The notes under the pieces are model-generated. The model was not told where the DNA came from and did no database searches. It worked only from the letters and a program-made list of their open reading frames with translations. A stretch of 64,000 nucleotides of DNA from Candidatus Moanibacter sp. (GTDB lineage Bacteria; Verrucomicrobiota; Verrucomicrobiia; Opitutales; UBA2987): NCBI GenBank assembly GCA_965215885.1, contig CBDCEW010000103.1:96001-160000 (forward strand). Reading direction: 5' to 3'. The translations under genes and the position numbers were made by a program. This document shows positions 56,450 to 64,000 of this stretch, piece by piece (position 1 is the stretch's first letter; every line of letters starts with the position of its first letter).

Positions 56450-59400
56450 GTGCTCAAACACACTAAAGAGATATCACTAGGCGTGCGGCAACGCTCGCTT
56501 CTCATAATCGCAGGTGTGGTAGTGATGGGAGTCTCTTCGTTCTATCTAACCTCCTCCTATGAAAAGCGATCACTCGCACCTCGGCACGCAAGCGACGGGA
56601 AAGAAGTGGCGAGTGCTGATCGTTCGATAGTTTCCGCAAGTCCCTCTCCACAAATATCTCCAGCTGTTTCGAAGGTAGAATCGACTGAGCGGGAAATCGA
56701 ATCCGTCCGAGCTCCGATTCCAATAAGGGATCGCACGGAAGGCGCTGAGGTATTCGAAGTTGTGGAAGAGAGTCCGGGAACCGGTCTCATGAGTCGCATC
56801 CGCATTCTCCGACTGGAAGAGAATAGCCCCCTCATTCGCGTTGAAGAGCAGCTTACCACCGTCGGAAAGGGAGAGTGGATTCTGATCAGCCAGGAGGCGA
56901 TGCGAGCCGATCAGATCCTGGCATTACCTTCCACCGACGAGGCGCATGAGAGACTGGAAATACTCGCAGAGCAGGAGGGCTACACACTGGTCAAAAACTC
57001 TCCGCACTCCTCGATTCTCAGGGTTCTTCTTCCGGATGCCGGACTTGACGCAGTGCCGGAAAGTATCCAACAACTCGGTTCACTGGCGGCGAAAGAGATA
57101 TTGGTCGAGCCGGACTTCGTATATTTTCCGAACGCACAACCGAACGATCCCGATGCCATAAAACAATGGGCCCTGGAGAGAATCGAGGCAGAAGACGCAT
57201 GGGCGATATCAACCGGCTCGAAGGAAATCGTAGTCGCCGTGATCGACTCTGGAATCGACCTCGATCATGCCGATCTGATCGGGAATCTATGGAGAAATCC
57301 CTTAGAAATTGATAACAACCAAGACGACGACGGCAACGATTACGTCGACGACATCAATGGATGGGATTTTGTGGATAACGATAACAGTCCCGACGACGGT
57401 GACGGCCACGGCACTCATGTCTCTGGGATAATCGGAGCCAGAGGGGACAACGGAACCGGTATCGCCGGGGTAAACTGGAAAATCAGTCTGCTGCCGCTCA
57501 AGACGGGTAGCCGTACATTTTCCACTTCTCGGAATGTCGCGGCAATGGACTACGTGCTCTCAATCAAGGAACAGGGCGTTCCAGTCGTCGCCACGAACAA
57601 CTCCTATGGCTCCCTCTCCTTCAGCACTTTCATGAGGAACGCGATAAACCGGCATCGGGATGCCGGGATAATATTCGTAGGGGCAGCCGGAAATGAGAGT
57701 CGGGATAACGACGAGTCTCCCAGCTATCCGGCCAGTTACGAAATTGAAAACGTTATTTCTGTTGCGTCAACAACCGGTGCCGACAATCTCTCCTCCTTTT
57801 CAAATTTTGGATCCACGAGTGTTCATCTTGGGGCTCCGGGATCCAAGATCTACTCGTCTATCAATAGTTCCTCATACGGTTACAAGGACGGTACATCGAT
57901 GGCTACTCCACAAGTGGTCGGAGCAGTAGCTCTGGTCACTGCGGCGGATCCTTCTCTTAGCTGGCGTGAGGTGAAGGATCTTATACTGACAACGATAGAT
58001 CTTGTTCCGGATCTTGAAGGAAAGACCTCCACGGGCGGTCGCCTGAATCTCCGAAGCGCCGTGGAAGGTGCAGTCGGGATCAGGAGGCCGGAACTGCGCA
58101 TTGTTTCACCGAAAGCACCCGCAGTGAGCCTCGTCGCTCCGGGTCTGTCCCTCTATTTGGCAGCGGCTCTGGAAATCGACGGAGAATCGGTCCTCTCTCA
58201 GAGGGGCACCTTTCAGTGGTCATCCATTCCCGAGAGCAACAACGTCGTGTTTGAAAATCCTCGCTCGCGCGAAACGGTTGCGAGGTTTAACGTGGCCGGT
58301 AGCTATCGCGTCCAGGCGAGTTATGCGGATGGCGCCTACCGGAGGACCAGGGAACTCTACGTGACCGTTGAGGAGGAGGAGATTCTCACTTCCGACTTGA
58401 GCGCCTGGTGGAAATTCGATGAATCCAGTGGTCAATCCGCCTCTGATTCCTCCAGCTCTCAACGCCACGGAGAAGTAGAAGGCGCTACCTGGGTAGATGG
58501 TCGCATCGACGGCGCTCTCCGCTTTAACGGCACGGACCAAAGTGTATCCTTTCCCGCTCCAACCCTCAACCGGTTTACTCTCAGTGCCTGGTTCAAAACA
58601 GACAGTGCAGGAAACAGCGTCTTCCCACGCATCTTTAACTTGCCCGATTTCCTCCTCTACCTCGGCCGCAGAGACAATGACTACGAACCCGATCAGAAGA
58701 CTGTCAAATTTTTCGCCAACAGGACCCGAAGCGATGGCGTTTGGAATTCCGCAAAAAATGTTGTGGAAGACACTCGGTGGTTTCACGTAGCGGCCTCCTT
58801 TGGCGCGGGAGACGGCGACGCGACGCCCGCACTTTACATCGATGGTGTCCCCCTAACGGTCGGGCCTCAGAGCGTACCCTCCGGAAGCCGGGCAACGGAC
58901 GGAGAGACCGGCTACATTGGAGACGATGGAGAGGACACCCGAGCTTTTGATGGCATTGTCGACGACATGAGAATCTACAATCGGATACTGGCAGCCTCGG
59001 AAGTCGCCGCCCTGGCGGAAGGACCTGATTTAGGCACGGCACCGTGGATAAAGGCGGGCGGAAGTCGATCCACTGCCGCCGGAGAACTGGTAAACCTCTC
59101 TGTTGAAGTGGAAGATCCGGACACGTCAATTCAACTCTTGACCTTTGAGTGGGAAACCGTGGACGGTCCCGCAACGGTCGAATTCAGCGACCCCACTCTG
59201 CTTAACACTCAGGCAAGATTTCCGGTTACCGGGCAGTACCGATTACGCCTTTTCGCCGATGATGATAACGCCCGTAGCGTAGAAGATCTGCTTGTTTCCG
59301 TGGAGGACACCACGATTCGGGATACAGGCGACGATTCCGGGAACGATCAATCCCCGGAAGATCACGTTGCCAACACTATTTGGCCCTCGGCGGTCGATCT

Positions 59401-59680
59401 CGGCAACGGCTGGAAGTCCGCGGAGTGGTTTGGCAGTTTTAGACTTTCCGACGATCCATGGATATTCCATAACGAACACGGTTGGCTCTACATTGAAAAT
59501 GGCGGAAACAGCGGTATCTGGCTATTCAGCGAGGAACTGGGTTGGCTCTACACGAGCAAATCCTTCTATCCAAACTTGTATTGGTACGCAGAAAATACGT
59601 GGCTCTGGTATCAACGCGGTTCAACTGCGCCGAGGATATTTTTCAATTTCAGAACCGAGCAGTTTGAGAGCTACGACTAA
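56450..59680 (+). CDS. S8 (subtilisin-like) serine protease with PKD-like and LamG domains
   Basis: VAVIDSG, HGTHVSG, AAGN, GTSMATP; LamG WWKFDE...DDMRIYN; Trp-rich C-terminus. Confidence 0.93.
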   Translation: MLKHTKEISLGVRQRSLLIIAGVVVMGVSSFYLTSSYEKRSLAPRHASDGKEVASADRSIVSASPSPQISPAVSKVESTEREIESVRAPIPIRDRTEGAEVFEVVEESPGTGLMSRIRILRLEENSPLIRVEEQLTTVGKGEWILISQEAMRADQILALPSTDEAHERLEILAEQEGYTLVKNSPHSSILRVLLPDAGLDAVPESIQQLGSLAAKEILVEPDFVYFPNAQPNDPDAIKQWALERIEAEDAWAISTGSKEIVVAVIDSGIDLDHADLIGNLWRNPLEIDNNQDDDGNDYVDDINGWDFVDNDNSPDDGDGHGTHVSGIIGARGDNGTGIAGVNWKISLLPLKTGSRTFSTSRNVAAMDYVLSIKEQGVPVVATNNSYGSLSFSTFMRNAINRHRDAGIIFVGAAGNESRDNDESPSYPASYEIENVISVASTTGADNLSSFSNFGSTSVHLGAPGSKIYSSINSSSYGYKDGTSMATPQVVGAVALVTAADPSLSWREVKDLILTTIDLVPDLEGKTSTGGRLNLRSAVEGAVGIRRPELRIVSPKAPAVSLVAPGLSLYLAAALEIDGESVLSQRGTFQWSSIPESNNVVFENPRSRETVARFNVAGSYRVQASYADGAYRRTRELYVTVEEEEILTSDLSAWWKFDESSGQSASDSSSSQRHGEVEGATWVDGRIDGALRFNGTDQSVSFPAPTLNRFTLSAWFKTDSAGNSVFPRIFNLPDFLLYLGRRDNDYEPDQKTVKFFANRTRSDGVWNSAKNVVEDTRWFHVAASFGAGDGDATPALYIDGVPLTVGPQSVPSGSRATDGETGYIGDDGEDTRAFDGIVDDMRIYNRILAASEVAALAEGPDLGTAPWIKAGGSRSTAAGELVNLSVEVEDPDTSIQLLTFEWETVDGPATVEFSDPTLLNTQARFPVTGQYRLRLFADDDNARSVEDLLVSVEDTTIRDTGDDSGNDQSPEDHVANTIWPSAVDLGNGWKSAEWFGSFRLSDDPWIFHNEHGWLYIENGGNSGIWLFSEELGWLYTSKSFYPNLYWYAENTWLWYQRGSTAPRIFFNFRTEQFESYD

Positions 59681-59830
59681 GATAGCCTTCGGCCGCCATG
59701 ACAGCCCGCAGAAAGCGTTTTTGATCGCTTCTACGAAGCCCGAAATCCTACCGGATTCCGCTACGAGATAATCCGAGTAATTGTGGCTGCAAAAAAGCGA
59801 ACACTAGTCCAACATCCATGAGATAGTTTC

Positions 59831-60484
59831 ATGAAGGAAATCCTCCCAAATCTTTACCACTGGCAAGTGATCTGGCCGAAGCTCTGGTCGCTGGAGAGTT
59901 ACCTCCTGAAGACAGATACGGGGTGCGTTGTCATTGATCCGATCGAGTGCATCGGTCTCGGTCCCATCGAAGAAGCGACGGATGTGAGAGCGATCATCGT
60001 GACCTCCGGTTGGCACGAGCGGTCCAGTCGACTGTTTGGAAAGCGGACGGGAACTCCGATATTCGTGCCAGAACGCGATCTCTGCATGTTCGAGGATCTC
60101 GGCGCACATGAAACATACGACGACGGTGACATTCTCCCATGCGGCATTCGAGCCATCGGAGTCCCCGGACTCACTCGCGGTGAGCAAGCACTCTATTCTG
60201 AGACCAACGGAGGCACCATATTCACGGCCGATTGCCTCGGCTCCACAGACAAATGGGCGCCAAACGGTATTCCCTTGGGCGGACATCCGAATGGTCATCC
60301 ATGCCCGGCGGAGACATTGTCTCATCTCCTCGATTTCGATTTCGTCAATCTGTGCCCTGGTCACGGCGATCCCCTTCTGGGCGATGGGAAAGAGAAATTA
60401 ATCGAGTTGCTTGACTCTGGTGTTTCGACATCCACCGGTCCGGCCCGCGTTAGTTATTTTCCGCTTCGCACTACCGGCACTTAA
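59831..60484 (+). CDS. Metallo-beta-lactamase-fold protein
   Basis: VIDP, TSGWHER, FTAD, LCPGHG. Confidence 0.75.
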   Translation: MKEILPNLYHWQVIWPKLWSLESYLLKTDTGCVVIDPIECIGLGPIEEATDVRAIIVTSGWHERSSRLFGKRTGTPIFVPERDLCMFEDLGAHETYDDGDILPCGIRAIGVPGLTRGEQALYSETNGGTIFTADCLGSTDKWAPNGIPLGGHPNGHPCPAETLSHLLDFDFVNLCPGHGDPLLGDGKEKLIELLDSGVSTSTGPARVSYFPLRTTGT

Positions 60485-60552
60485 CCTCGAAACTCACTGC
60501 TGATGCGGATTTCCGGGCGGAATATGGCAGGGCATTTCGGTCGCAACATCAT

Positions 60553-60617
60553 CGAAAAGCTCCCGCTTTCCGCTACGGCCCCGACCGCAAGCTGTAGCGG
60601 AAAGCGGAAGCTTTTCG
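60553..60617. repeat. GTAG-type REP doublet (a half copy also lies at 12083..12106)
   Basis: CGAAAAGCTCCCGCTTTCCGCTAC ... GTAGCGGAAAGCGGAAGCTTTTCG. Confidence 0.7.
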
Positions 60618-60625
60618 TCTACTAG

Positions 60626-60799
60626 CCCGGACATTTCACACACTTCGCAGCGAGACAGCGTAGATCGCTGCGTATCAGAGCCTTTCCGCAAGTCGGCGGG
60701 CGACAGTGTGTTGGAACCCTCTGAGGTCGCCGAGCAAGGGAAGGGGTTGAGACGCAGTGATATCCGCGGTCGTAGCAGAAGGTTTGTGAAATTTTCGGG
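60626..60799 (+). mobile_element. ~174-bp MITE, copy 6
   Basis: CTAG on both flanks; TIRs intact. Confidence 0.88.
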
Positions 60800-60910
60800 C
60801 TAGAGCACCGAGTGTTTCACCCTGCCGTAGGGCAGAGGACGAACCAATCCGTGTACTCATTTTGGGGCAATCCCGCGATCTGCCGTACTCCTGAGTCCGA
60901 CAGATTCCTC

Positions 60911-63900
60911 CTAACGCACCGAAAAACGATACTCCGTAATTTGCCGATAAGTCTCGCCGGGCCGGAGGATGACACTTGGGAATTCGGGTTTGTTGACCGA
61001 ATCGGGAAAGTGCTGCGCTTCCAGACAGAGGGCGTGAAACTGATCGTAGACGGCTCCACCCTTTCCCAACGTCTTGTCGAGGAAGCCGCTCGTGTAGAAC
61101 TGTAGGCCAGGCTCTGTCGTGAACATCCGCATAACCCTTCCGCTCTTGGGATCGTAGACCTCCGCCGAGAGATAGGGTTGATCGACGCCACCGTCATTGA
61201 GGACGAAATTGTGGTCATAGCCGATCGGAAGCTCGCTGAAATCCTCGCCGATCCGCTTCGGTTCGGTGAAGTCCAGCGGGGTTCCTTCGACCGGCAAGAT
61301 GGCTCCCGTCGGGACGCCGTCGGCATCCGGCTCCGTAAACCGGTCGCCATTGAGCGTGAGCACATGATCGTAAACAGGACCCTCTCCCGCTCCGGAAAGG
61401 TTGAAATAGGTGTGATTCGTCAGATTTACTGGCGTCGCCTGATTAGTCGTCGCCTCATATTCGATGCGAAAGCCGTCCTTTTCCGTGAGGACATAGACGA
61501 CCGTGATGGACAGGTCGCCCGGATAGCCCTCCTCACCCTCCGGACTGAAATAGGTGAATTTCACGGCGGGACCAGAATCGTGTTCCACAGGCTCACTCTT
61601 CCAGACTCTTTTATGGAGCCCCACCTCACCCCCGTGAAGGTGGTGTTTACCGAAATTTCGGGCGAGTTGATATTCCACTCCATTCAATTCGAAACGACCG
61701 TTAGAAATGCGGTTGGCAACACGACCGGTGGTACATCCCAAATAGGGGCTATTCTCTTCGTATTCCGCGGAAGTTTCGAAGCCTAGCACGACCTTATCCG
61801 AAAAGCTACTGATTGGCCGCAAAGAGGCGCAAAAGGCGCAAGAAGAACTTGAGAAAAATCATTTTTTGGCTTGATAAAAAGTGTCGCAACATGCTAGTGT
61901 TTAACAACCTAAGATTAAGAAAGGAGTTAAACATGCCAACATGTGCGACAGAGGAGAACAAAAGCGATAAGACGCCCCTTAGCAACCTCATTCTGCCGGT
62001 TCCAGACACGGATTTCCGTGATTTTCTGGATGAAGTTGAAGAATTGGCCGGGTTCGCGGCGCAAATCATCGAGGCGATCGAGAAGGATCTGGACGCCCAT
62101 GCGCGTGAGAAGAAGAAACTTCGATTGGAAGATCGAAGGTTCTTTGAAGGGCGCACAGCGGAGCTGCCGGAGCTGGACATCGAGGAGGAGAATATTCTGG
62201 CTGCTGAATTGAATCTTGGGGCAGGCCGGCCGCGGATGCCGGCTTATGCGGTATACGTGTTCGTGATGCTTCGAGGGTTTCTGGGTTCGTTGACCACGAA
62301 ACCGGCACGGCGGTTTGTGCGCGAGTCGATGAGCTTGTACGGATTTTTGCAGAGCGGGGGACTGAGAATGCCGGCGGTGACGACGATTCTGGAGAACGTG
62401 AACCTGGTCAGCCATACGACCCGCGAGTTGATCTTTGATAAACAGATTGGGTTTATCCTCCAGGAGCAATGGGACGATTTCGGGAAGCTGACGATCGACA
62501 GCACCTCGGTGAAAGCAAACAGCTGCTGGCCCACCGATGGGAAGATTCTGAGCGGTCTTTTGATGCGGGCCAATCGTTTGGGTCAGAAGTTGCATGTCTT
62601 CGGGCTGGAGGATTTTCGCAAGGGATGGGTTGGGCGTTGGCTGGAGGAAATGGACAAGCTGGAGTTTCAGATTTGTCTGGCCGCGGGCAAACCGAAGTCG
62701 AAGGGCAAGCTGAAGAAACACTACCGGCGGTTGCTCAAGCGGGGCCGCAAGGCGGCCGACTCACTAACGGGGGAACTGAGCCATCTTGAAGAGGGCCTGT
62801 CGATGGATTCACTGCCTCCCACTCGCCGGGAGCTTCTGGAGCGGGCATTGAGCCAGATCAGGGGCGATATTGCCGACGCCAAGCGGGTTGTTGAGTATGC
62901 TCATGATCGGGTGTTTCACGAAAAGAAGCTACCGTCCACACAGAAGGTCCTGAGCCTCTCGGACGGATCGGCGGCCTACATCAAGAAGGGCAGCCGCAAT
63001 CCAGTGATCGGGTACAAGCCACAACTGGTTCGCAGCGAAAACGGTTTTGTCACCAGCCTGATCGTACCGCAAGGCAACGCGGCAGACTCCATTGAGCTGG
63101 CGCCGGCCATCGGCGATTCGATCAAGCGCACCGGTGTCATTGCTGAACTGGTCAGCACCGATGACGGATATGCTTCGGCGAAGGGACGCAAGGAGGTGCT
63201 GAGCATGGGGGTAAAGCAGATCAGTATCAGTGGGGCGAAGGGCAAGAAGTTGACCACCCCCGAGGACTGGGAGAGCGAGGCGTATCGCGAGGCACGCCGC
63301 GATCGCTCCGCAGTGGAGTCGCTGATGTTCACGATTAAAGATGGATTTGCCTTTGGCGAACTCGGCCGCCGCGGCATCGATGCGGTAGGCGATGAACTGC
63401 TCGAGAAGGTTCTGGCCTACAACTTCTGCCGCATCATACTGATGAAGAAACGCCGAGGGGAGGAACTGGAACAGGCAGCCTGAATCTGACCGCTTTGAAG
63501 CTCAGAGAAAAAAGCACCACGGGATGAGTATGCCTCCAGACAGCGGCAAATATACGTATTGTGCAGCAAGCCACGCCGATGGCCGCTCAATACCTGCTCA
63601 TCGGCAGCGCCGGCAGCCTAAAACCCGAAACCTGCCAGCCATAGGCTGGTCCGCCCGTGGCGGAGAACCTTAAACCGCCCGCTCGAAAGGCTTTTCGAAT
63701 GGGGTCTAGCACGACATCGGCGAGATTCCCCTCTCGGTCGCGAACATGCAACTCCGTTGCGGTGGCTCCCAGTTCTATCACCTTCAGGATGCTCCCATTG
63801 CTGTTCACAAGGGTATACCGTTTGACTTTGCTACCGTCCTTTGTCGTTCCAAACAGTTCTTCGGTAATTCCATTCATGTCTATTTCTCCAACAGTGAAGG

Positions 63901-64000
63901 TCTGCGAAAGAGCTACCTGGCCGGATCCCATGGCCACTAGAATAAATGGCAGTGTCAAAAGGAACAAGGGAATTTGCCAGGCAGTGCTGTCTCTGTTCAT
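60911..64000 (-). pseudogene. galM: Aldose 1-epimerase (mutarotase), interrupted by IS copy D
   Basis: The 5' part (63707..64000, ...GNLADVVL) and the 3' part (VLGF...GRVANRI, HLHGG, NLTNHTYFNL, GYDHNF, LEAQHFPD) rejoin in frame when the IS is removed. Confidence 0.93.
61790..63706 (+). mobile_element. IS5/IS1182-like insertion sequence, copy D (transposase 61933..63483)
   Basis: 6-bp TSD TAGCAC. Confidence 0.96.

Overview
This is a 64-kb bacterial chromosomal window, most likely from Verrucomicrobiota/Opitutia. That assignment is inferred from the PEP-CTERM proteins with autotransporter-associated beta-strand repeats, the mcsA-mcsB-clpC operon and the archaeal/eukaryotic-type ProRS. Housekeeping genes include proS, clpC-mcsB-mcsA, ilvE, a WecB/TagA glycosyltransferase, acoABC-like genes, glnK-amtB, aroC, tRNA-Thr(CGT), a large S8 protease and two PEP-CTERM proteins. 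They sit in a very dense mobilome: about 23 kb (~37%) by my boundary calls is IS or intron DNA. It comprises 4 IS5/IS1182-like copies, 3 IS4, 3 DUF4338-ISAs1, one IS1380, one ISL3, one IS200, a frameshifted two-ORF element and a group II intron remnant, plus many MITE- and REP-like families. Several genes are broken (a CAP-domain protein, a sigma-54 activator, galM, a P-loop-like protein). The most notable observations are: (1) a six-copy, co-oriented ~174-bp rod-hairpin MITE family, one copy of which carries an RT-deleted group II intron inserted inside its terminal inverted repeat; (2) 15-16-bp micro-hairpins that replace sequence inside other repeats; (3) an IS4 insertion that separates a consensus sigma-54 promoter from the mcsA-mcsB-clpC operon and points it at the transposase; (4) an IS200 that separates a PEP-CTERM gene from an upstream motif shared with its paralog. 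All family assignments are by motif recognition; no searches were run.
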